This document shows, piece after piece, positions 12,487 through 23,316 of a stretch of DNA of 64,000 nt. Each line of letters opens with the position of its first letter. Position 1 is the first letter of the stretch. The notes below the pieces were generated by a model, which was not told the DNA's origin, made no database searches, and saw only the letters and a program-made list of their open reading frames with translations. The position numbers and the translations under genes are program-made. The stretch is from Massalongia carnosa (lineage: Eukaryota): contig OZ287077.1 of assembly GCA_965645245.1 (NCBI GenBank), forward strand, positions 62,001 through 126,000. The letters are read 5' to 3'.

Positions 12487-13500
12487 ATGACGAACACCCG
12501 TTCCCAAAGCACCTTGATGGACGACATAGTCCCCGACCCCCAGGAGATTGTCGGATTGACGCAGGCCCAATCCAATCAAATCTTCGCCCTACAAAAGAAG
12601 AAAGCCGAGGCGGAAGCGAAGGCGGCCGAGGCTGAGGCTAGAATTGCCGAGTCCAAGGCATTGGTCGCCGAGAAGGAGGTGGAAAAAATGCAGCTAGAAA
12701 TCGACTGCATGCGCCGAGAATCTGACGCCCGAATAGCGGCCGTCATTCCTGCTGGCAAGCCGAGTCGTGTCGTCGGCGATGACGACGAGGACCTAGGTGA
12801 GATCCCTCTCGAAGTAAGAAGCATAGCACCCCGTTTCGCGGGCCTACCACAGGACGAGATCATCAAGATCTTTTCAAATAAATTCAAAGCCATCAACCTC
12901 TCCCGCCTCCGACACATGCACGGCATGCAATACGAGTCATACAAGGATCAAGACCGCATCGGCATCGAAGACGGCGCCTTGAGGTTGAGAAAGGCATCCG
13001 GGACCTACAAAGATTTCGGAAAGACAGTTCATGACGTCTGGACCGAGAGCTCCATCAACTACACCTCGATCATGGTCAGTCTTTTCGGGAAATCGAGTCA
13101 ACAGCTTCACGCCACCATGTCGGCATTCCACGGAAAAATCCTCACGCTGGCCAAGGTGTACGAGTGGCAGGAAACAGTCCTCCCCCTCGCCATCGAAACC
13201 CACACCCACATCATCGCGTCTCAGCCATCCGACGCATCCCAATGGAAAATGCCCGACGAATTCCAAGCTCGATTCTGCACCCCCCTCACAGTCCTACGCC
13301 GTCGCCGCTCACGATCCCCGCCGTCCCGACGACCGACCCCGAGAGGAGACAGGGCCGAGAGGGCCGAGAAGGCAGCGGGGGAAATCTGCGACAAGTACAA
13401 CAACGGCACCTGCACCTGGCCGTCGTGCTACCGACAGCACAAATGCAAATCGTGCGGCGCGGCTGGGCATGGCCAGAAGACATGCCCAACGAAGAAATAG
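12487..13500 (+). CDS. Gag-like ORF of the YR retrotransposon
   Basis: Coiled-coil N-terminus; C-terminal C..YNNG.C...C...H.C..C...H....C zinc fingers typical of DIRS/Ngaro ORF1. Confidence 0.8.
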   Translation: MTNTRSQSTLMDDIVPDPQEIVGLTQAQSNQIFALQKKKAEAEAKAAEAEARIAESKALVAEKEVEKMQLEIDCMRRESDARIAAVIPAGKPSRVVGDDDEDLGEIPLEVRSIAPRFAGLPQDEIIKIFSNKFKAINLSRLRHMHGMQYESYKDQDRIGIEDGALRLRKASGTYKDFGKTVHDVWTESSINYTSIMVSLFGKSSQQLHATMSAFHGKILTLAKVYEWQETVLPLAIETHTHIIASQPSDASQWKMPDEFQARFCTPLTVLRRRRSRSPPSRRPTPRGDRAERAEKAAGEICDKYNNGTCTWPSCYRQHKCKSCGAAGHGQKTCPTKK

Positions 13501-13545
13501 GGGGTTGGTGCAGGAGGCAGTAGAATAGCTTCAATAGCTGAATTC

Positions 13546-16500
13546 ATGACGTCCCATCCCTGCTTACCTGCACCAATCAGACCAAATACAATCCCTTCGT
13601 TTCAACTCGTAGACGCATCTCGTCAGCGTTTGAAAGACAGCCCATCTCCCCTCGTACCGTCCGCATGGGCAACCCTACTTCAAGAGTATCCGGGCCCCCT
13701 CCGAGTCCATCTGCCCATGATCCTTCGTTTCGGAGTACAAATCGGATACGAAGGCCCCACAGACATCCTTCGGATCGAAAAAAATCTGACATCAGCGAAT
13801 GAGGACCCGGAAACGATCGAGAATAAGCTTCAAAAGGACCTCAGGAAGGGCCGAGTCAGACGAATAGCCGCCCCGAGTCAGCCATTTGTGGCCTCCCCCC
13901 TCGGCTTGGTCCCGAAACATGACGGAGGATGGCGACGCATTCATCATCTGTCTCATCCCAATCAAACATCAGTCAACGACAACATTCCAGAAGAGGCATC
14001 CAAATTACAATACGCCAGACTCGACGACATTATTCAATTGATTCTGTCAGAGGGCAAAGGTGCTGTCATAGTGAAAAGAGACGTCAAAGACGCCTTTCGA
14101 AACGTTCCCGTCGCACCTCATCATCAATGGCTTCTGGGTTTCGGATGGAATGACGAATTCTACACCGAGACATGCCTTTCGTTCGGACTGTCGACGGCCC
14201 CGTTCATCTTCAATCTTTTTGCGGAAGCCTTTCATTGGATTTTGGAATCCTTTCTACAATGGAGATTACATCACTATCTAGACGACTTCGTTGCAATCTT
14301 CCCATCCGAGACATCGTCAGAACGATTGCACCAAGAAACAAAAGCCTACAACATTCTCACCGACATTCTCGGTGTTGAGGATAGCCGAGATGTCTGCTTA
14401 TAGAAAATGGCACTAACCCCAATGCGCACTAGCTATTGGAAGTATTTGGATTGGCCACCTTGGGATTTATCATCAACATCCCGCGTCTGATATTCTAGGA
14501 GACATTCGAACATTCTACAGTGGATTGATAATGAGGCAAATATGTCAGCTTTGGAACTCCGACAAAGACGAGCTTACATATCAGCATTTGACTGACCGAT
14601 CACATAGAAAGTGGGAGAATCGTGCTCAAGGCAGGCAGCGGTATATAATGGGCTATATGCCCCCATAGATAGCCTCAGTCATTTTCAATCAATCATTAGT
14701 AGCCTGCCATTGGATCAGCTTGATCATCGCACGTACTTTTTGCTGTTGTTTCCTACTTCCACCCCTATAATCCGTAGCCTCCGCAACAGGTTATGAGCCC
14801 GGTCAGCCAATAGGAAAAACAGTCTGAAAATCGACTCGAAATGTCTTCATCCACCCCTCAACAAACGCCCGGCCCCGAAATCGTGGTCAAGGATAGATCA
14901 GATGGGGCCGACGGTCGGATCACGTCCGGAGCAGGGGTAAGGGATGTTAAAGTTCCCAAACTAACCGAGGAAAATTATCGTACATGGAGTAAGATAATGA
15001 AGAATAACCTGATAGGTAAAAAGCTCTGGAGCATCGTCATTGGACGAATAGTATGCCCGGACGAGACTCGGCCCAGTGATCTGGAAGCATGGGAATTTAA
15101 CAATGCTACGGCCATGACATACATCATGACGGCCGTAGATGATAGACAGCTTCAACACATCATCCGATTGGACACAGCCAACGATCAGTGGGTGACACTA
15201 AATCGTATTCATAGGGATATCGGACTGACACGCCTTATACCTCTTTCTAGACGGCTTTGTGGTTACAAAGCCGGCCCATCAGACTCCGTTGAGCAAATAG
15301 CTTCGGAGCTACGAACCATTGCTGCTGTAATGGCCGAAATTCGACCCGGGGAGGAACCGTCGGAGTTTCTTCTAGCTCGAATATTGATGGATTCAATTGA
15401 CGGGACCCCGTACGCCATGGCTAGGGCCCTGTTGGAAGACAAAGGAGAAATAACCATGACCATGGTTATAGAAAAGTATAAGGAGGTGGAATCAAGAAAT
15501 AAAGATGAGATAAGCACCCCGGAAATTGCTAATAAGGCCTCATCTAGCCGAAAATTCACTGGAAAATGTTTCTATTGTGATAAGGCTGGCCACATAAAAA
15601 CGGACTGTTTTCAATGGTTGAAAACGGATGAGGGCCGAGAGCACAAGCGGAAAAATGAAAATGCTTATCAAACCAATGATAGTAAGAGGCGGGGGAAATC
15701 ATCAGGGAGTCGGGGCCGAAAAACGAAGAAATCGGACGAAGCACGACTGACCCAGGAGAATGATGCCCGATCTGAAGAAAGCGACTCGGAATACGCCCGT
15801 GCGGCTACCGAAGTCGAAGATTTTGGCCTGATGGCTCAAAATAAGGACGCGGTCCCTGCTCAGGAAGAATTTGCCCTGGTGACTCGAAACGATGACGCGG
15901 TCCCACTCGAAAAACTCAAGGAATGGGTTATTGACTCCGGAGCGAGTCGACATATGACCCCTGATAGGGGAATATTCGTCAACATGATGTTGATTAGAAC
16001 GACAGTGCGTGTGGCCGACGGAACGGTCATCTCGTCAATTGGTCGAGGAGATATTCTCATTCGGATGAGAAACGGGGAGAAAATACGATTAACCGAGGTG
16101 TTATACGTCCCCGAGCTCGACACCAATCTTCTGTCCATACGAGCTCTTCAGACAAAGGGAATTTCTGCCCGCTTTGGTCTGAATGGAGTCGAAATAACCC
16201 GAGGGGATGCCTTACTGGCCACGGGAGTCCTGATTGGATCGTCGTACTTATTGAGGCCTGCCAGAGAAGATGTGGCCCTAGTCACCGACATGATAACGAC
16301 GAAGAAAAAGCATATTCCGAATCCGAATCGGGACGGATATCTTTTGTGGCATGCCCGAATGGGTCATGTCGGACCAGGGAGGCTTGAAAAGCTCCCATTT
16401 CTGACCACCGGAGTCGGAAATTCAATAAAGCATCAGCATGATGGCGAAAAATGCGTCACCTGCAAATACACCAAAATGACGAAAATAATCAGTCGAATGC

Positions 16501-18677
16501 CCCCATTAAAAGCCACACGCCGGGGGGAACGTACATACTCGGACTATTGGGGCCCGTACAAAGTAATGAATTTACAGGGGTCCCAGTATTTTTTATCATT
16601 CATTGACGACTACACGCGTCGGTCAGAGGTGTATTTCGGGCCCAGATCAAGCCTGAGGGAGAATTTCTATCGATACAAAGCGAAATTCGAAGCCGAGACA
16701 GGGGAAAAACTGGCCCTGATTAGGAGCGACAATGCCAAGGAATATCATGCTCTGAAAAAAGACCTTTTGAATGAAGGCATTCTGATGGAATTTACTGATC
16801 CGTACACTCCCGAGCAAAACGGGGTCGCTGAGCGGATGAATCGGACACTAATGCAAATGGTTAGGGCCATGCAATTATGGGCCGGATTACCCAGAGAATT
16901 TTGGGGGGAGGCCCTGATGGTAGCCAATTATTTAAGAAATCGGCTACCAACGAATACTCACGGGGGAAAAATGACCCCGTATGAGGCCTGGTATGGCCGA
17001 AAACCGGACCTGAATCACATACGAACCTACGGATGCTTGGTGCATGCCCGTATCCCCAGTGAAAAAAGGGATAAAATGGATGTCGTGTCATTTCAGGGAA
17101 TTTTTGTTGGTTATCATTCGTCGAAACAGTCTCGAGTCTATAACCCCGTTACGAAGAAAATCGGCTGGCATGCGGCCCCCGAATTCTTCGAGGACTGGCC
17201 CGGAGGGCCGTTATTGAATGCTCCGAGCCGGGCTGGGACTAGAGATTATTGGTTAGAAATGAGGGGGGAACATACATCGGTCATTTGGCCCATGGTCCTG
17301 GGGACGGGCCCCGGAGACGACACGGATAGTCGAGGATATGCGAGGGTATGAAGTTATTCAGACATTCTCGGAGTGGGAGTGTTGAGGATAGCCGAGATGT
17401 CTGCTTATAGAAAATGGCACTAACCCCAATGCGCACTAGCTATTGGAAGTATTTGGATTGGCCACCTTGGGATTTATCATCAACATCCCGCGTCTGATAT
17501 TCTAGGAGACATTCGAACATTCTACAGTGGATTGATAATGAGGCAAATATGTCAGCTTTGGAACTCCGACAAAGACGAGCTTACATATCAGCATTTGACT
17601 GACCGATCACATAGAAAGTGGGAGAATCGTGCTCAAGGCAGGCAGCGGTATATAATGGGCTATATGCCCCCATAGATAGCCTCAGTCATTTTCAATCAAT
17701 CATTAGTAGCCTGCCATTGGATCAGCTTGATCATCGCACGTACTTTTTGCTGTTGTTTCCTACTTCCACCCCTATAATCCGTAGCCTCCGCAACACTCGG
17801 CATCCCGAGAAACGACTCAAAAGACGCCGAGGGAACGACAGCGACAGTCTTCGGACTCGAGGTCGACACCATCAACAGTCTTATTCGTCTGCCAGCGGAC
17901 AAGCTGGAAAAAGCGAGAATCATCACTACAAAGGCACTAAACGAGACGACAATCAGCCTCGGCGACATGCAGTCAATAGCGGGCTTCCTAAGCTTCTGCG
18001 CACAGGCAGTCAAATTGGGCCGAGTCTTCTTACGATTATTCTGGAATTTTATAGCCTCATTTCCCTCGGGCAGTCATCGTCGGGTCAAAAGAAGAATTCC
18101 CACATGGGTCAGACAGGATCTCATCTGGTGGAACAAACTTTTAGTGGACTTCAACGGTATTGTCTTCTTCGAGACGTCAACACGAGACACGATCAAGGTG
18201 CATACGGATGCATGCCTCACGGGTCTCGGAGGCTATTTTCAACAAGACAACAAGCTCGTGAATCAAAAAAATGCATGTAGGGCCCGAGTCCTAGTCCTCA
18301 ATCAGGAAGAATCACCGAGCATAAACGTCCGAGAAGTCGAGGCTATCCTTCTAATCCTTCAGAAATGGGCGCCGACATGGCGACATCGACAGATCCTTGT
18401 CTTTACCGACAGCAACACAGCATACACAGGATTCACCAATCTAACCCTCAAGGGACCGGCCAACGCGCCTCTACGAGAAATACTGTCTATAGCTGCAAAG
18501 TGGGACATCGTACTACGTTGTCAATGGATCAGTGGCACTTCCAATGGACTAGCAGATGCCCTGTCACGTTTTGATGATGAAAGATTGGCTAACTTTTGCC
18601 CTCATTGGCAGAACCCATACAATTCGATGAACCTCCCTCCACCTACCTATCCTCCACACCAGGGTCAGCCCTGGTAA
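13546..18677 (+). CDS. RT-RNaseH of the YR retrotransposon (13546-14372 + 17801-18677), split by Copia C1
   Basis: SPLGLVPK..WRRIHHLS, FGLSTAPFIF, HYLDDF, HTDAC, FTDS, NGLADALSR. The frame joins exactly after removing the insertion and one TSD copy. Confidence 0.92.
14373..17795 (+). mobile_element. Copia element C, copy 1 (3423 bp; gag-PR-IN only, no RT/RNaseH), TSD CTCGG
   Basis: 416-bp LTRs 14373-14788 and 17380-17795, PBS 14789-14800, PPT 17370-17379, CTCGG at 14368-14372 and 17796-17800. Confidence 0.96.
14841..17351 (+). CDS. Gag-protease-integrase polyprotein (836 aa)
   Basis: CFYCDKAGHIKTDC knuckle, WVIDSGASRHM protease, WHARMGH, YSDYWGP/IRSDNA/NGVAER DDE integrase; stops just before the PPT. 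Confidence 0.93.
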   Translation: MSSSTPQQTPGPEIVVKDRSDGADGRITSGAGVRDVKVPKLTEENYRTWSKIMKNNLIGKKLWSIVIGRIVCPDETRPSDLEAWEFNNATAMTYIMTAVDDRQLQHIIRLDTANDQWVTLNRIHRDIGLTRLIPLSRRLCGYKAGPSDSVEQIASELRTIAAVMAEIRPGEEPSEFLLARILMDSIDGTPYAMARALLEDKGEITMTMVIEKYKEVESRNKDEISTPEIANKASSSRKFTGKCFYCDKAGHIKTDCFQWLKTDEGREHKRKNENAYQTNDSKRRGKSSGSRGRKTKKSDEARLTQENDARSEESDSEYARAATEVEDFGLMAQNKDAVPAQEEFALVTRNDDAVPLEKLKEWVIDSGASRHMTPDRGIFVNMMLIRTTVRVADGTVISSIGRGDILIRMRNGEKIRLTEVLYVPELDTNLLSIRALQTKGISARFGLNGVEITRGDALLATGVLIGSSYLLRPAREDVALVTDMITTKKKHIPNPNRDGYLLWHARMGHVGPGRLEKLPFLTTGVGNSIKHQHDGEKCVTCKYTKMTKIISRMPPLKATRRGERTYSDYWGPYKVMNLQGSQYFLSFIDDYTRRSEVYFGPRSSLRENFYRYKAKFEAETGEKLALIRSDNAKEYHALKKDLLNEGILMEFTDPYTPEQNGVAERMNRTLMQMVRAMQLWAGLPREFWGEALMVANYLRNRLPTNTHGGKMTPYEAWYGRKPDLNHIRTYGCLVHARIPSEKRDKMDVVSFQGIFVGYHSSKQSRVYNPVTKKIGWHAAPEFFEDWPGGPLLNAPSRAGTRDYWLEMRGEHTSVIWPMVLGTGPGDDTDSRGYARV

Positions 18678-19807
18678 AACGCCTCGTCTGGCACGGACAC
18701 TCGGCGGACACGAGAAAAGGGTACGGGACGGCGATCGACTCATACGAGGCATTCTGCGCGACGACGGGACGCACGTCGTGGCCTGCAACAACCGAGTCCC
18801 TCGAGGAATGGCTAGCCGGTCGACTATACGGGGGCGGCACACCCAAGCAGGGAAAGATAAAACCAGAGACGGCAGCGAGCTACCTCGCCGGCCTCAGATC
18901 ATACCATGTAGACCGAGGATACGGCCTCACCCCATTCGAGGGGCCGAGACTTCAATTGATGCTGAAAGGGGGAAAAAGGATCTTTTCTCAGACAAAAAGA
19001 ACACGCCTACCCATTTCAAAAGAATTACTGACAGAAATCACCAGTTTTCCCGCTCATTCGGCCGAAGACCTCAACATCGACGCGACATTCAAAGTTGCAT
19101 GGGCAGGGTTCCTCAGACTCGGGGAAATCACCTACACTGTCGCCGATCGTAAGAAGACATCTTTTCAGAGATTGAAACCTACACGAGGTGACATCTCATT
19201 CGCCGAGAACGATCAATACGCGACATTACGTCTCAAAAGAAGCAAAACAGACACAAATCACTCAGGAGTTCAGATAGTGCTGGCAGCGACCAATGAGAGC
19301 ACTTGCCCCGTGACAGCACTACGGCGTCTTTTCAGAAATGATCCTCAGCCATCTACATCCCCGCTTTTTCGTCCCGGCACCGCATTCACCAGAGCCTCCG
19401 TCATAGCATCCCTGAAAAAGAGACTGATAGCCGCCGGCATCAACGACTCGGCATACTCGGGACACAGCTTCAGAAAAGGAGCAGCACAACACGCCGCCGA
19501 CCACGGGATGCTTGATGAGAGTATTCAGAGACTCGGAAGATGGTCATCAAACGCGTTTCAGCTATACTTTCAGACGTCCCAGGCCTCACTATTCAATTTG
19601 AACCTCAGTTTTCAAAAAGGCATCCCTCTGGCAGTCCCACGTGCTGTCGTCGCCGAGACGAATCCTACAAACTCCTACCCCTACTCAATTGGGAATTCCA
19701 TTGGGCGTACAGGTCAACCAGGGCATCGATCTGGAGCGCCGCCGGCACCTCCATCTAGATCATCGCCGTCGGGCACTGCCGTCGGGCATCATCTATCGGA
19801 TCTTTGA
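18596..19807 (+). CDS. Tyrosine recombinase of the DIRS/Ngaro-like element
   Basis: GFLRLGE (R), KRSKTD (K), SGHSFRKG (HxxR), LGRWSS...FQLY (W, Y); overlaps the end of the RT-RH ORF. Confidence 0.93.
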   Translation: MPSLAEPIQFDEPPSTYLSSTPGSALVKRLVWHGHSADTRKGYGTAIDSYEAFCATTGRTSWPATTESLEEWLAGRLYGGGTPKQGKIKPETAASYLAGLRSYHVDRGYGLTPFEGPRLQLMLKGGKRIFSQTKRTRLPISKELLTEITSFPAHSAEDLNIDATFKVAWAGFLRLGEITYTVADRKKTSFQRLKPTRGDISFAENDQYATLRLKRSKTDTNHSGVQIVLAATNESTCPVTALRRLFRNDPQPSTSPLFRPGTAFTRASVIASLKKRLIAAGINDSAYSGHSFRKGAAQHAADHGMLDESIQRLGRWSSNAFQLYFQTSQASLFNLNLSFQKGIPLAVPRAVVAETNPTNSYPYSIGNSIGRTGQPGHRSGAPPAPPSRSSPSGTAVGHHLSDL

Positions 19808-19917
19808 GCGTCAGCAGACGCCTCGGACCTAGAAGATGAGGTTCTCACCTCAGCACCGACCCCGAGTCACGTGCCTAGGCCTGCCCGGGCTGACCTGTGT
19901 CGTTCCCATGCCCAATC

Positions 19918-20808
19918 TGTTAAATAAACAGTTGACGGCATAATGTTGAAATTACTACGGAGGTGACTGCTTATAGCAGTCATGGCAGCCTGCAGGGCTG
20001 AGCTAGATCTAATGGGGCTAAGCGAGTATTCCAACACTCCCCTTCGAGCGTGGCTCCCCTTTCGCCTCCAAAATTGAAACTATCCAGCTTTTATCATTCC
20101 CCTTGCGAAGTGATTCATCCAGCTGTGTCCGATTCGCTCCCCTTGCGGAACGAATCTAGCTCCCTCTGACTCCATTTTCCCTAAGCACGTAGTTCTTTCT
20201 TATGTCTTTTGTTGTCCTGCTTTGTAGCCTCATTAAACCCATAACCATCTCTTGAAACGTAGCTTTTGTGAGTGTATGGGTGGATGGGAAGAGTACTATG
20301 GACGTGTTTTGTTGATGGCCTGAGCAGGGCTTTTCTCGATGTCTCTGTTAGACATTTTCCCGCAGACCATTGACGTTGGTGGCCTGATCGCAGGGCTTTT
20401 ATCTCCCCTTGCTGATCTGACCAGTAATGCAAGATCTGAAGTCTTCGAGGCACCGCCCATTGTAGATGTCCTCCTCAGCACGTTTCGTACGTACACCACT
20501 TTCGATGACGTTTCCGCTTCGTTTCCGCTTCGTTTCTCATCCCTTTCGATGTCGTTTCCGCTTCGTTTTCGCGCTTTCCACGTCTGAACTTTCACCTCAT
20601 CATCTTCTTGATACGACATGATAGTACGTAGTCTATGCATGAAGGATGCCGTCGGAGGGGCGCAAAGCACAAACCCGGGACTCATAACCTGTTAAATAAA
20701 CAGTTGACGGCATAATGTTGAAATTACTACGGAGGTGACTGCTTATAGCAGTCATGGCAGCCTGCAGGGCTGAGCTAGATCTAATGGGGCTAAGCGAGTA
20801 TTCCAACA
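19918..20808 (-). mobile_element. TRIM-like non-autonomous LTR element (891 bp), TSD CAATC
   Basis: 119-bp LTRs 19918-20036 and 20690-20808, PBS variant GGTTATGAGTCCC next to 20690, PPT aaggggag next to 20036, CAATC at 19913-19917 and 20809-20813; no pol motifs inside. Confidence 0.93.
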
Positions 20809-21518
20809 CAATCAAATTCAAGCATTCAAATCAATTCATCCAATTAAAAGCCCCCCCCAGCGCAAGCGAAGGTAACGGCACCGATAAGGGTCATAGAAGT
20901 TTTGCACATGCAAAAGCCTAACGTAATTCACCACTATTTGGAACACCCGCTTATTCGGAACTAACAAATTTGATACCAACCTTCGTAATTTATTATCACC
21001 GCCGCATCCACAAAACTTCCAGCACATGTACTCGGGAATTGATGAACAGGTTCTAGAGAATATATGTAGCTAGCATAAGCTTGTAGAGCTACAATTTACG
21101 AGTGTTACGAATGACACGACCGCGCGAGCTAACCCGAACCTCTAAAACTTCCTCCTTCTCCCCCTTTCCTACAATTTCCACATCACCCTGTGCCAACTCA
21201 GTGGTATTTTTCATTCTTGATATACATTTTCCTTTATTCAGAGCAGTTTTTTTAAACCCTAGGTCACCCTCAACTGTCTCCTCAAAAATATGAGGTGTAA
21301 TCTGAAGAAGGTCGTGAAAAGCGTTTTGAAGGATAGAATCGTCTCGTTTCTTATTTTTAGGTTAAGATCGAGATTTTACGGAATCAGGCCCGTATATCAG
21401 GTCGAGTCCAAGTCGCATAAGGTTTTTAGATACCTAAGAAAATAGTCGATCGTTCTTTTTTTCTTTCCTTACCTGTGATCTAGCCTCTTTCTCCTTTTTC
21501 TTATTTTCAGCTAGTTAT

Positions 21519-22547
21519 TGTAATGGGCTACAAGACCATTAAGCTAATCACGAGCGACACTGATCTCGAAAGGGGAAATGCTCAGCGTGAGAGGTGGAAG
21601 ATAGCTACTACGTGCTGGTCTCCGAGAGTATACGTGATCCAAAGAACTAATGGATGTGGAAGTGATTAGACCAAGAGATCTCGTCCGAGACCCAAACGTA
21701 GGTTGTTCATAGAATAAAGACTAATTGCTAACGAATACTACAGGATTCGTTCTGGTATTTATCCTACTCACCCCAAGCCTATAGCCTTGGGAGCCTTGGA
21801 ACCTTAGGAGCCTTGCAACCCATATCTGACCTTATCGCCTTACATCTAACCATCCCTCAGGATCCATCTACGAACTCGGCGTTCGCTGGATCATCTAATC
21901 AGCCTCGAGCAGCCTTCTAGACCTTCCCTTGCAAGGTAGAACACTTCTACCTCCGGCTAGATCCCTCACTACATTGCTAGCCTGCCTCTAAACATAAAGT
22001 CTAGACGCCGAGGCTATGTAGCTTCATTTCGCCGTCACCACTACCAACGTAGCGATGGAAGGTTACCTCCGACTGAATCTCTATCTACACTGCGGACCTG
22101 CCTCTAGACACAAGGTCTAGACCACAAGGTCATGTAGGTTCATTCAGCCGACATCACTACCAACGTAGCAATAAAGGTTGAAGCTGAAGTTTACACCGGG
22201 GAGGCCGAGCTCAAGCTGCGTCCAGCTAGCCGTGCCTCCTGCTACAACTCTTGATCCATCAAGAGATCGAGTAGCTCCGAGTAGGCCAGTAGATTCCATA
22301 TAGAGTTCACGGCTAGTCTCCACAGGAGTTCGCCTTACTCTATGGCAATCTACCACCACGGCCTCGGCAGGTGTTTGATCTGTAAGCAGTCTAGAACGTA
22401 GTAACAACTAATTCGGAGTTGTGTGGCAAGGTGGCGTCGTGTCAGCCTCGACGGCTATGCGACTAAGTACTACGGCCTGGCTCATGCTAGTTAATCCCGC
22501 AACCGCCGTAGGCGATCACGTATCCCTCTAGCGCCATCCATATTACA
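21519..22547. repeat. ~1.03-kb solo LTR, family D copy 1
   Basis: TGTAAT...ATTACA ends; flanks GTTAT/GTTGT (near-TSD); removal restores transposase RRQLAENKK. Confidence 0.85.
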
Positions 22548-23316
22548 GTTGTCTTCTTTTCTCTACATCTTCTAAACTCAATAAGCGAGCCCCTTGACCA
22601 TCGTATTGAGTGCCCGTACGTTGAGCTCGTTTTTTTTTTCGTGTATTGGCTGCTAAAAGCTCCGTATTAGTACGATTCAAGACAATACGATCAGCCATAG
22701 CAAGTCTAGCTGCTTTAAGGGTTTTTGGTAGAAGAGTAAGCTTAGGGGAATCGAGAGTCTGATGGCGAAATAGTGATATAAGCTCCCCAAATTCTGAGAC
22801 TTGTTCTATGTTTCCTGGTGTTGGTGGTATTTGGCCTGAAAGATAACGCGTTTGAATAGGAGTACTAGCGTCAGGTAGAGTGTCATCGTTCGTATGAGGC
22901 TTAGCTGATATTTTGTCAAAGACAGCGGAAGGATTGTATGGAATAAGTCCAGTAGCTCGCCATGCTGATTGTATATTTCGAGCAGTGATACCCTGTTGCC
23001 TAGCTTTTTGTATTAAAGAAATGAAATCAGCCTTGTCGATATTGTAGGTTGTAAACCGTGTTTTCTCAGCTAGCAACGTTTTATAGTTTTGTTTTAAAGG
23101 GTCAAATACCCCAACATCAAGAGGCTGTAATAAGTGTGTTGAGTGTGCTGATAGACACAGACAAATTATTTTATGTTCCCGGGTAAATCGGATAAATTCA
23201 GTCGACACATGAGATGCATGCCCGTCAACAATTAACATTCGATATTCACCACGGAGGTAAGCTCTTGTTGTTGGCTCAAAACAGTCACGCATCCACTTCA
23301 TACAGAGCTTGTTATC

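Larger units (their letters stand above)
12260..20860 (+). mobile_element. Tyrosine-recombinase retrotransposon (DIRS order, Ngaro-like), interrupted by Copia C1 and a TRIM; ends approximate
   Basis: gag / RT-RNaseH / YR ORF arrangement, no integrase or protease, no methyltransferase domain seen. Confidence 0.88.

Noticed and set aside
14611..14796. Repeated 61-aa ORF MGESCSRQAAV... (four copies)
   Set aside because: Lies within the Copia C LTR; repeated only because the LTR is
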